From the NCBI GenBank assembly GCA_964348135.1, contig CAYGBL010000001.1, forward strand, positions 22 through 64,021: a stretch of 64,000 bases of DNA, read 5' to 3'. Below are positions 48,620 through 57,929 of the stretch, piece after piece. Positions within the stretch are counted from its first letter, which is position 1. Each line of letters begins with the position of its first letter. A program made the translations under genes and the position numbers. Under the pieces are notes generated by a model, which was not told where the DNA came from, did not search any database, and was given only the letters and a program-made list of their open reading frames with translations. This DNA comes from an uncultured Actinomycetota bacterium. GTDB lineage: Bacteria > Actinomycetota > Aquicultoria > JACQXZ01 > CAYGBL01.

Positions 48620-49327
48620 TTACTCAAATTCCTCATTCTCTATCTTCTCTATCTCTTTTAAAATCCTCTGCGCTCTATCAATAGCCCTTTTCTCAGTCTG
48701 ACTTACAACCTCGCCCGATTTCTCTTTAAGGAATCTTTCAAGCTCGCTTTTTATTTCTTCCTCGCGTATGTGTTTGTGTTCCACATCGATTGGTTTATTT
48801 CCTTGAAGCTTTGTTCCCCCTTCTCTCCAACCTTCAGGAAAATACCAGTTTTTAAACCATCTAAATCCACTTGCCCACAATAGATACCCCAGAGGACTGA
48901 GTACGGCGTGTAATCCTGAACGTAGACACTCTTCAGTTTCATCCCTCTCATATTGAACAGAAAGATGACCACCTGCTGGAATCAATTGCGAAATCATTCT
49001 AAAAAGTAAGATATCAAGACCTTTTTTGGAAAGATCAAGTGGCCTGCTTTTGCTTTTTTGCTTCGTGAAGTTTATGGTACTAGCGTATACTATATCTCCC
49101 CATGGTTTAATCCATTTCCCTCTTCCCGCAAAATAAAGCCCACTAATGACGGGTTTGTCGCTCATCTTGCCGGACTTATCCTTCAGGAACAGCTCGAAGT
49201 ATCTCTCTTCCAGGAACCGGCTCCGTCTCAGATTCCTCAAACTGGTAGAAATTCCATCCAGACTCTTCTTGTCCAGAGCAGCAATTATATGACCGTCAAT
49301 TTGTTGTTCTTCAGAAATATCTAGCAT
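48620..49327 (-). CDS. Hypothetical protein (235 aa)
   Basis: ORF with charged C-terminal coiled-coil tail; no confident family. Confidence 0.4.
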   Translation of the reverse strand: MLDISEEQQIDGHIIAALDKKSLDGISTSLRNLRRSRFLEERYFELFLKDKSGKMSDKPVISGLYFAGRGKWIKPWGDIVYASTINFTKQKSKSRPLDLSKKGLDILLFRMISQLIPAGGHLSVQYERDETEECLRSGLHAVLSPLGYLLWASGFRWFKNWYFPEGWREGGTKLQGNKPIDVEHKHIREEEIKSELERFLKEKSGEVVSQTEKRAIDRAQRILKEIEKIENEEFE

Positions 49328-49520
49328 TTCAATAATTATTTTCCATAATTATTGTAAATATAACAAAATATCGCAAACGAATGTAACTGATTTTCTTAAG
49401 TTCAACCGTCGAGAACGGATATGATGTGAGAAGACCTGGAAGATATTTGAGTTCCAAACACAATTTCCGATTTCCATTTATGAAAAGAATGTCTTGGAGA
49501 TGGAAAATTTGTAGGGTTCC

Positions 49521-52325
49521 CTATTCCAGATGGAACCCTTTCTCATTAAAAAGCCTAAGACAAGCATCAACCACACCGGTATCATAAAGAGAGCCCTTCT
49601 TATTTGAGATTTCTTTTAAAGCCTCATCGATGCCTAGGGCAGGACGGTATGGACGATAAGAGGCCATGGCTTCGACCACATCAGATACCGCTAAGATTCT
49701 TGCTTCCAGCAGGATAGCTTCTCCTGAAATGCCTGAAGGATAACCGGAGCCATCCATCCTCTCGTGGTGTTGTAGTATCATTTGAGCAATCGGCCATGGA
49801 AATTCTATTGTCTTTAGTATATCATAACCCACCTGTGGATGATTCTTAACCAGAGCTAACTCAATGTCATTAATGTGAGCAGGTTTGCTGAGAATCTCCC
49901 CGGGCACAGATAGCTTACCAATGTCATGAATAATTCCAGCCATTTGGATGCCTTCAATCTGATCCTGTGAAAGGCCCATTTCTGCAGCCATAGCCTGTGC
50001 AAGGTGAGCTACACGCCGCTGATGACCTGCCGTATAAGGATCCCTTGTCTCAACTGTAAGAGCAACAACCTGAATGGTCTGACGCAAAGTCTTTCGCAGT
50101 GCCTCAAGGCTGCTTTTAAGTTGCTCTTGAGCATGCTTTCTCTCAGTTATGTCATGAGCAACGCTGAGGATGAGCTCTCTATTTCCTGATTCAATAATCC
50201 GCGCATGCACCTCAACAGGCATTAAAGATCCATCTTTTCGCACATTCACAGCTTCAAAATTGGCTATTCCTATCTCCTTTATTGTATTCATTCTTGGCCC
50301 GATAAGTTCAGCATATTCTTGTGTTACCAAAGCGTGAAGATTTATACCCATCATCTCATCTCTACTGTAGCCATAGGTCTTGCAAGCTGCCTCGTTCAGG
50401 TAAACAAAATTTCCTTCAAAATCGTACAGCATAATCATATCTGTAGCGCCATCCAGTAATCTTGCTTTTGTCTTTAATTCTTCCTCTACCTTCTTTTGCT
50501 CCGTGATATTGACTGTAATCTCGATTACACCTGAATTAGCAGAGTTATCATCACAAATGGGATAGCCTCGAATAAGCCATATCTGTCCATCTGGAGAGAT
50601 TATTTCCCCTTCCTGCGATTTACAGGTTTCCCGCGATTTTACAACAGGGCAGCCCTCACAGGGGTCGCTTCGCTGATGCCATAATTCATAGCAGTGACGG
50701 CCTACCAATTCCTTGGCCTGTAAACCCACTGAGTCTGCGGATGCACGGTTTGCCCATAAAATTCTATTCTCCGAATCTTGAAATACTACTGACTCTGATA
50801 AATTATTGAGGATGGTTTCCTTCTCCAGCAAAGCATTTTTAAGGGCTTCCTCCACATGTTTTTGTTCTGTTATATCTCTTCCAAAGCTTACGGTGCCTAC
50901 AATTTCATGATTCACCAAGATAGGAACTGTATTTACAGATAGAGTCAGCATTTCTCCATCCTGCGTCCTTATCTCTATTTCGTGATGCTGTGGCTCACCT
51001 TCTTGGGCCCTGCGGAATGCCTCGATTACCCACGGCATATATTCTTCATTGATGAATTGATTGAAGTTCTTGCCCTGTAAAAACTCTGACGTATAATGAC
51101 TCCTCTTCTCATAACATTTGTTTGTGAAGGTGAAATTGCCTTCGATGTCCAGTGCCCAGATCATATCGTTGGATTGCTCGATCATTAGGCGATATTTTTG
51201 TTCGGACATTTGCAAAGCTTTTTCCAAAAGTTTACTCCTGGTAATATCCAGCATGGTTCCTATAATAGCCGGTTGACCCTGGTATGATGTTCTGGAACCG
51301 TATACCTCCACATATATGGTGTCTCTATTCTTTGTGATTGTCCTAACTTGATAATGGGCGGAGCCAATCTCTCCAGACGTTAGTTTAAAAATAATATCCT
51401 CAACATTTTTCCAATCATCCGGGTGAATTAAATCTTTAATATTGAGGCACTCAAGTATTTCCCACTCTTCATGACCCAGTATTTTTACAGCTCTGGGATT
51501 CATATATTTGAGAGTTCCATCTTGCATGATGTAGATACCAACAAAGGATTTCTCCGCAAGGTCTCTAAAATAATCTTCTGAACATTGAAGTGCATCTTTT
51601 GCACGTTGATGCTCGGAATATGTATGCAGGGTAACAATGCCATACGCCAGGTAATCTGCAAGCTGTGTTATAAGTTTTACCTCTCTGGCGTCAAAAGCAT
51701 CCGGCTCAGCTGCATAAATATTCAACGAACCAAAGGTATGACCATGAGTGTTTAATGGTAAAGCAATTGATGATGCATATCCGCGTCTGATTGCCTCATC
51801 ACGCCAGGGAATAAAATTTGGGTCAGTCACAATGTTTCTGGATATACAGGGCTTGCCTGTACGTATGGCAGTGCCTGTAGGTCCACGGCCGTCATCTGTA
51901 TCCGACCATGTGATGTTCAATGTTTCCAGATATCCTTCCTCATAACCATATTGTGCTACTGGACGAATGGTCTTTTCTTCGTCCTGCTCAGCATAGCCAA
52001 CCCATGTTAATCTGTAACCTGCAATTTCAACAATAATTCGGCATACATCATTCAGGAATTTTGATCCGTCTGTAGCCTGCAATAAAGCCTGATTGCATTC
52101 GCTTAGTGCCGTCAAGGCTCGGTTAGCTTTGCGCAGTTCTTCATTAACTTTAGCGAGTTCAGTAGTATGTTCCTGGACAAAACTTTCCAGCTCATTGCGG
52201 GCTCTTTGCCACAATTCCACCGCTTTCTGACAGTCAGTCTCTGACCTCTGCAATTCCGCAATGCGTTTGCGCAATTCTACTAGTTCAGTTATTAGCTCTT
52301 CTTTTGTTTTGTCTTCTACTACCAT
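49521..52325 (-). CDS. Cytoplasmic signalling protein: coiled coil – GAF – four PAS – HD-GYP phosphodiesterase
   Basis: C-terminal HD (IIHDIGKLSVP) and HHERMDGSGYP (HD-GYP) motifs; multiple PAS blocks (...DITE/R.K) and a GAF domain; third PAS has CxxCPV Cys cluster. Confidence 0.85.
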   Translation of the reverse strand: MVVEDKTKEELITELVELRKRIAELQRSETDCQKAVELWQRARNELESFVQEHTTELAKVNEELRKANRALTALSECNQALLQATDGSKFLNDVCRIIVEIAGYRLTWVGYAEQDEEKTIRPVAQYGYEEGYLETLNITWSDTDDGRGPTGTAIRTGKPCISRNIVTDPNFIPWRDEAIRRGYASSIALPLNTHGHTFGSLNIYAAEPDAFDAREVKLITQLADYLAYGIVTLHTYSEHQRAKDALQCSEDYFRDLAEKSFVGIYIMQDGTLKYMNPRAVKILGHEEWEILECLNIKDLIHPDDWKNVEDIIFKLTSGEIGSAHYQVRTITKNRDTIYVEVYGSRTSYQGQPAIIGTMLDITRSKLLEKALQMSEQKYRLMIEQSNDMIWALDIEGNFTFTNKCYEKRSHYTSEFLQGKNFNQFINEEYMPWVIEAFRRAQEGEPQHHEIEIRTQDGEMLTLSVNTVPILVNHEIVGTVSFGRDITEQKHVEEALKNALLEKETILNNLSESVVFQDSENRILWANRASADSVGLQAKELVGRHCYELWHQRSDPCEGCPVVKSRETCKSQEGEIISPDGQIWLIRGYPICDDNSANSGVIEITVNITEQKKVEEELKTKARLLDGATDMIMLYDFEGNFVYLNEAACKTYGYSRDEMMGINLHALVTQEYAELIGPRMNTIKEIGIANFEAVNVRKDGSLMPVEVHARIIESGNRELILSVAHDITERKHAQEQLKSSLEALRKTLRQTIQVVALTVETRDPYTAGHQRRVAHLAQAMAAEMGLSQDQIEGIQMAGIIHDIGKLSVPGEILSKPAHINDIELALVKNHPQVGYDILKTIEFPWPIAQMILQHHERMDGSGYPSGISGEAILLEARILAVSDVVEAMASYRPYRPALGIDEALKEISNKKGSLYDTGVVDACLRLFNEKGFHLE

Positions 52326-52679
52326 TCCTTATCCCTCCCAGGATACGGGAGCTTTTCTTTGTGTGAGATTGTGAAGCCGCTGGTTAATATTACGACACTT
52401 CTCTAGAAATTCCTTATTGAAAACATAAATAAGAAAGATAAACAGAGGAGTCTCGAGGGATGATTGTTTTACACATTAATTGATTCGTTAGGGGGATTTC
52501 TTCTTAGTTTAAAGTTTCTGTGCTATAAAATATTTTGCAAAACTCTAAAGGTGAGGTTCAATTTTTTAGCATTAAATCTAGAACTAACAAACATTAAATA
52601 AACATTCGGCTGGGCGAAATAAATTCTGGGAATATGTTTATGCTTGTCTTGTGTAGCCAGAAGTATCTTATTTATAAAC

Positions 52680-53915
52680 CTAATATTTATTCTCTTCAAC
52701 GATTTCTCTCAACGACAATTTAATATCAGGTTTGTCCGTATAGGCCATAAATTCGCGCCACCGTTTTTGCAACTTGCATAGGTTTTCAAAAGGATTAGCC
52801 TTTGGGTTTGCATCGGTTTTGGCGATCTCAATATTTTTTAGTGCCTCCTCACTGTCTTTTATATTCCCGTTAGAGAGGTATTCTTTGGATAGCAGTTTGC
52901 ACGATTCTTCAATTTTCTCCTCCAGATCATTCTTTAGAAAAGCACCCGGATACGGTTCAAATTCTTCAGGATAAACTCTAGTCATTCCTCTTTTCTCTTT
53001 TTGATGCTGAATCTTTGCCCGCTCGTAAATAAAACGGTAAATATCTTCTCTCATTTGTATCCATGTAGGGTGCGTTTTTGGCGGAGGGAGATGCTTAATT
53101 GATAGCTGATTATCTAAAAAAAAGGTATATCCGAACATCTTAGCATTTATTAAGAAGTCTATGTCTTCTCCTCTTGGAACGGAAGGATCAAAGGGTACAA
53201 CAGTAAAAAGGTTTCTATGAATAATCATATTCCCCCCGAATACAAACGGTGTCTCTTTCAATCTCGGCTTAGTTAGGATGATTTTGTCAAACGCTTCGTT
53301 CATCCTGGCGCTCTGATCCCAGTATTGCATCCAGGGATAATAAGGTTTCTTGAGGTGGTATCCACCATCCGGCTGAAGATAGCAACCTGCAACTGCATAG
53401 ACATCTTTCTGGGCAATATTTTTACCAATAAACTCCCTAACTTTTAACATAAATTCGGGATCTTCGAATACTTCATCGTCATCGATGAGCAGTGCTACAT
53501 CCGAATTTAAGATATGAGGAATGAATATGCATAAATTTCTAATATTGGAATATCCTCGAAGTTTAAGCAGATCAGCATATTCCCCCTTGCCTGCATCAAT
53601 CAATATCCTATGGAGCTTCTGAAGATGAGATGGTCCGAATAGAAGGGTTTTTACGTCAATATTGGCTGAAGCGCTTCTAATAATACTTCCGACCTTGTTT
53701 TCGATCTCCGCCTGAATTTCCTCAGCAGTAGCGGCAGCAATTATTACCAATTTAAAATCTTTATCTCTTAGTATTTTGATACTCTCTATAGCTCTAGATA
53801 ATGTGCCTTCACTATTTAAGGAGGTAGGATGATCGTATATGGCATCTCCTTCCTTCCAGCCAATCGCGCTTTCTCTTGCCCAATATGATGGTATTACCAT
53901 TGTTATCTTCAACAA
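52680..53915 (-). CDS. Putative GT-A-fold glycosyltransferase (DxD: IDDDE), family unassigned
   Basis: MVIPSYW N-terminus (GT-A beta1), acidic IDDDEVF motif, no TM; sits in trehalose/GT cluster. Confidence 0.45.
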   Translation of the reverse strand: MLKITMVIPSYWARESAIGWKEGDAIYDHPTSLNSEGTLSRAIESIKILRDKDFKLVIIAAATAEEIQAEIENKVGSIIRSASANIDVKTLLFGPSHLQKLHRILIDAGKGEYADLLKLRGYSNIRNLCIFIPHILNSDVALLIDDDEVFEDPEFMLKVREFIGKNIAQKDVYAVAGCYLQPDGGYHLKKPYYPWMQYWDQSARMNEAFDKIILTKPRLKETPFVFGGNMIIHRNLFTVVPFDPSVPRGEDIDFLINAKMFGYTFFLDNQLSIKHLPPPKTHPTWIQMREDIYRFIYERAKIQHQKEKRGMTRVYPEEFEPYPGAFLKNDLEEKIEESCKLLSKEYLSNGNIKDSEEALKNIEIAKTDANPKANPFENLCKLQKRWREFMAYTDKPDIKLSLREIVEENKY

Positions 53916-54028
53916 ATACTCCCCATTAGTATTTTAGAATAAAACCTGTAGAGAACATGTTTGCATAAAAAATTGAGGCAGGCAAGCAAGCGGAAATAAT
54001 TAATACTTCTCAGCCGTATGCCCTTTGT

Positions 54029-55234
54029 TTATATCAAATCGTTCAGTAAATCTAAATAGTCTATCAAACGCCGCGTTATAAGGAAATTTTTCCTTACTAT
54101 TTCCCTGCTCTTTATGCCCATCTCTTCAGCCAAATCTGGGTTTCGTAAAAGCCTTACTATTCTATCTGCGAATCCTTTGTTATCATTAGGTTCAAGCAAA
54201 AATCCGCTCTCACCATCTTCTATTTGATGAGAAATTCCACCTGCATTTGAAGCTACAACGGGTTTTGCCTTCCAGAGAGCTTCAGTTACTGTAAGGCCAA
54301 ATCCTTCTTTTATAGACTTTTGTATTATTACCGCAGAACTCCGCTGCAAGGCATTTACCAGGATGTTATTTTCCGTCGTCAAGAGCACAACGTCGTTATT
54401 ATTTATTAAATCCCGGGCTCTTCGTTTAACTTTCTCATAAATAATTATGCCCTCTGGGTCATCTGAAGCCATACTCCCGCATAAAACAAGTCTGCAGTCC
54501 ACTTCTTGTCTGACCAGTTTAAATACTTCCAATACACCTTCAGGGTCTTTCCATTTGTCAAATCGTGAGATTTGGGTGATCAAAGGTTTGTCCATCGGTA
54601 TTCCAAAATTTTTAAGACATCTTGATATAGATCTATCGAAAATCTCCATGTTTATTGAGGAAAGAGGGTCAATTGCTGGATAGATGACCCTTTGCTCGAT
54701 CGGTAAGTCTTCCTGTCTGTATTTCTCGCTGGAAACTATGACAATATCGTATCTGAGAATAAATTTTTTAAGAAAATTCCATAGTTGCTTGTTGGGATCC
54801 GTTAAGTCTATATGACATCTCCAAATCCAGGGCTGCCTCTTTTTATAAAACCTTATAAGAGGCAAGGGTTGTGCGTCGTGAATGATAACGCAGTCATGAT
54901 CAATGTGTGTAAACACGGAGAAATCTTCGTTGGTTTGGACATATAAGTTTCTCCTAGTCTGGGTAAGATTTATATCGTCGCCTTGAAGGGAATTATGAAA
55001 TCTCTTGGTTACGGTAAAGAAATCAGGGTTTCCATGTAATATTCTCCAGTCTGTATCAATGCCTATATCATTTAGCAATGCTACGAAAGAAGCCAGCATT
55101 GCAGCAACTCCCCCACCTTGATAGGTGGAGTTAATATTTAGAATATGTTTTCCGTAAAGTTTTCTTGCTTTTCTATGTATCGAAGCTATAACCTGATCTC
55201 CAACTATGTCCTTGTAATCTTCTAAGTTTTTCAT
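54029..55234 (-). CDS. GT4 family glycosyltransferase, TreT-like (trehalose glycosyltransferring synthase-like)
   Basis: WIWRCHIDLTDPN, QISRFDKWKDPEG, IKEGFGLTVTEALW motifs; paralog of 1406..2629. Confidence 0.6.
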   Translation of the reverse strand: MKNLEDYKDIVGDQVIASIHRKARKLYGKHILNINSTYQGGGVAAMLASFVALLNDIGIDTDWRILHGNPDFFTVTKRFHNSLQGDDINLTQTRRNLYVQTNEDFSVFTHIDHDCVIIHDAQPLPLIRFYKKRQPWIWRCHIDLTDPNKQLWNFLKKFILRYDIVIVSSEKYRQEDLPIEQRVIYPAIDPLSSINMEIFDRSISRCLKNFGIPMDKPLITQISRFDKWKDPEGVLEVFKLVRQEVDCRLVLCGSMASDDPEGIIIYEKVKRRARDLINNNDVVLLTTENNILVNALQRSSAVIIQKSIKEGFGLTVTEALWKAKPVVASNAGGISHQIEDGESGFLLEPNDNKGFADRIVRLLRNPDLAEEMGIKSREIVRKNFLITRRLIDYLDLLNDLI

Positions 55235-55238
55235 TTGA

Positions 55239-57419
55239 TCACTCTACAAATGTTTTTAGGAGTGCTCTTACGTCAACATATGATTCAACATTGAACCTGG
55301 CTTGAGAAGGGCATAACCCTACCTTTATAGAATATGCCGTGTCAGGCAGAACAGCAAAGACGTCTTCATCTGTCCAGTCATCACCTATTGCAAGTATAAA
55401 ATCCCACTTCTTCTTTGACATCCAGTATAACGCTGCTCGCCCTTTGTTTATTCCTGCATTCTTAATCTCTATCACCTTACTACCTTCAAGAACTCCAAGA
55501 TTGAGATTAGCCGTACGATGCAATAGAGCATCCTTCAACTCTCTGGCTCTAACGGAAGCTAGTTCTGGATCAGCCTTTCGGTAATGCCATACAAGAGAGA
55601 ATTCCTTTTCTTCCATGAAAGAACCGGGGGTTCTGTCTGTATACAGTTCAAGAAATGGACGTATTTCTTCCTTCCATTCGTTTCTTAGAAGCTCAATTGC
55701 TTCCCATCCTTTATTTTTTTCTTTGATCCAGATACCATGTTCAGCAATCAATCCAACTTTCAAATCACCAAACCAGTTATCCAGAGTATCCTTGTCGCGC
55801 CCACTTATTATAACAACCTGATTTTTTGGTACGAGGACAAGCAATTTAAGTAATTCCAAAAGCTCATCGTCGGGTTTTGCTTTCCTGGGGTTTTCCGTAA
55901 AAGGAATAAGAGTACCATCATAATCTAGAAAAATCAAACGTTTCTTGCTCTTGAGATAGGCTTTAATCATTTTTTTCTTCATTTCATATGTAACTCTTCT
56001 TGCAGCAAACTCTTGCTGGAGTTGCTTAATATGATTCAAGCTATCAATGAAATCGTTTGCCCATCTTCTTACGTTATAACGCTGTAATCTTCTTTGCATT
56101 ATTCTATTGTGTTCAATCTGCTCATCTTCGGACATCTCCAGTGCTTCCTTTAAAGATTTCGCCATCTCTTCTTTACTGTTAGGATTTACAATGATTGCTT
56201 CACCGAGCTCTTTTGCGGCCCCGGCCATCTCGCTGAGAATCAAAACTCCCTTTCCATCAGTCTTTGTAGAAACGAATTCTTTAGCGATTAAATTCATCCC
56301 GTCTCTTAAAGGTGTTATAAAAGCTACGTCTGTTATGCTGTACAGTGCAGCCAGGTTGTGAAATGGCAATGAACAATAGAGATACCAGATAGGCATCCAT
56401 CCAATGGTTCCATGTTCACCGTTTATCTTTCCGATAAGTTCATCCAATTGTTTTTTTAACAACCGGTAGTGTTCAACCTTAGTGCGTGAAGGTACTGCTA
56501 CTAATATAAGAGTTACCTTTTCCTTATATTCCGGGTAATTATCCAGAAAGAGACTGAAAGCTTCGAGCCTTTGGGATATACCTTTGGAGTAATCCATTCT
56601 GTCGATTGATAGAACGATGCGGCGTTTACCAACCTTTTTACAAATTCTCTTAATTTCTTTCTGCACCTTTGAATTGTCGGTAGCTGTAGCAAACCGTTCA
56701 TAGTCTATACCCATGGGAAAAGCGTCCGCCTTGACCAGACGGTTGCCGACGTTTATTTGGCCAAAAGTGTGTTCATAACCAGCAGCACCGGAAACTGTAT
56801 CAAGAAAATGCCTGACATAATCGTAGATATGAAATCCTATAAGATCTGCACCAAGAAGGCCCTCTAATAGTTCTCTACGCCATGGTAGCAGGCGGAACAT
56901 TTCAAAAGATGGGAAGGGTATGTGAAGAAAAAATCCTATTGCTGCATCAGGTATTTTTTCTCTTAAAAGCATAGGCAGTAGCATCAAATGGTAATCGTGA
57001 ACCCAGATAGTATCGCCTTTTTCGGCAACTTTGATAACTTTATTACAGAAGATTTCGTTTACACGTTTGTAGGCTTTCCATGAAGCTTTATTCCAAACTG
57101 TGTACATAGGAAAGTAGTGAAAAAGAGGCCAGATCGTTTTATTGCTAAAACCGTAGTAATAATCTTCAACATCGCGTTTTGAAAGAAAAACTGGAAAGCA
57201 ATCCTCGTTAGCTAGTTTTTCAGTGATCTCATCTTTTGTCTCCTTTTTTATTTTTTCCGAGGAAAGACCCGGCCAGCCTACCCACATGCAATTATGTTTC
57301 TTGTAAAATGAGCGTAGCCCTGTTGCCAAGCCACCTACGCTCGGCTGAACACGCATTTCGTTCTCTCTCTTGATTATGCTAATAGGCAATCTATTAGAGA
57401 TTATCAAAAGTTTGCCCAT
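55239..57419 (-). CDS. otsA: Bifunctional trehalose-6-phosphate synthase / trehalose-6-phosphatase (OtsA–OtsB fusion)
   Basis: GT20 motifs (LLIISNRLP, WVHDYHLMLLP, GFFLHIPFP) N-terminal; C-terminal HAD phosphatase (LIFLDYDGTLIPF, AIGDDWTDEDVF). Confidence 0.9.
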   Translation of the reverse strand: MGKLLIISNRLPISIIKRENEMRVQPSVGGLATGLRSFYKKHNCMWVGWPGLSSEKIKKETKDEITEKLANEDCFPVFLSKRDVEDYYYGFSNKTIWPLFHYFPMYTVWNKASWKAYKRVNEIFCNKVIKVAEKGDTIWVHDYHLMLLPMLLREKIPDAAIGFFLHIPFPSFEMFRLLPWRRELLEGLLGADLIGFHIYDYVRHFLDTVSGAAGYEHTFGQINVGNRLVKADAFPMGIDYERFATATDNSKVQKEIKRICKKVGKRRIVLSIDRMDYSKGISQRLEAFSLFLDNYPEYKEKVTLILVAVPSRTKVEHYRLLKKQLDELIGKINGEHGTIGWMPIWYLYCSLPFHNLAALYSITDVAFITPLRDGMNLIAKEFVSTKTDGKGVLILSEMAGAAKELGEAIIVNPNSKEEMAKSLKEALEMSEDEQIEHNRIMQRRLQRYNVRRWANDFIDSLNHIKQLQQEFAARRVTYEMKKKMIKAYLKSKKRLIFLDYDGTLIPFTENPRKAKPDDELLELLKLLVLVPKNQVVIISGRDKDTLDNWFGDLKVGLIAEHGIWIKEKNKGWEAIELLRNEWKEEIRPFLELYTDRTPGSFMEEKEFSLVWHYRKADPELASVRARELKDALLHRTANLNLGVLEGSKVIEIKNAGINKGRAALYWMSKKKWDFILAIGDDWTDEDVFAVLPDTAYSIKVGLCPSQARFNVESYVDVRALLKTFVE

Positions 57420-57734
57420 GACTTCTCCTTCAGCAATATTTTATCACGTAATTCGGATGCGAACTGCTTATGCCTTATTAGTATAATTATTCTTATTAAT
57501 GCCTAAACCTTTCTGGCAAAATAAGAAATTTAATCTTGGTTATTTAAGGGTATTTATCATGAGTTATAAGTCTAAACATGCGAGATTTTCTATAGGTATT
57601 TGAATTGCGATGTGAGCTAAGAAATAATTTTACAAAGTTTTATCAGGTTATGTGGCAAAATCTCAATTGAAAGAAGTAGCTCCTGAAGATTGTTCCTTTT
57701 TTATACTCAAAATATTCTCATGTGTGCTAAAAAA

Positions 57735-57811
57735 TGGTCGGGGTGGGCAGATTTGAACTGCCGACCTCCGGACCCCCAGCCCGTTGCGCTACCAAACTGC
57801 GCCACACCCCG
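57735..57811 (-). tRNA. tRNA-Pro (anticodon GGG), CCA encoded
   Basis: Cloverleaf reconstructed by hand: acceptor CGGGGTG/CACCCCG, D-arm GCGC-AGTTTGGTA-GCGC, anticodon loop CTGGGGG (GGG, G37), T-arm GGCAG-TTCAAAT-CTGCC, 3' ACCA. Confidence 0.85.
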
Positions 57812-57929
57812 CTATTTCAATTGGATTATAACTCATGGCCTGTAAGCATTCAAATACGCGGTCTCTTTGTGCTGAATATTAATTGCTGTCTAGTAATACG
57901 TAAAAAAGCTCTTAAAAATGAAGTTTATC

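Noticed and set aside
52326-52700. Searched for an att-like direct repeat of the tRNA-Pro 3' end and for an integrase bounding the trehalose island
   Set aside because: None found by eye; island hypothesis therefore rests only on position and functional redundancy.
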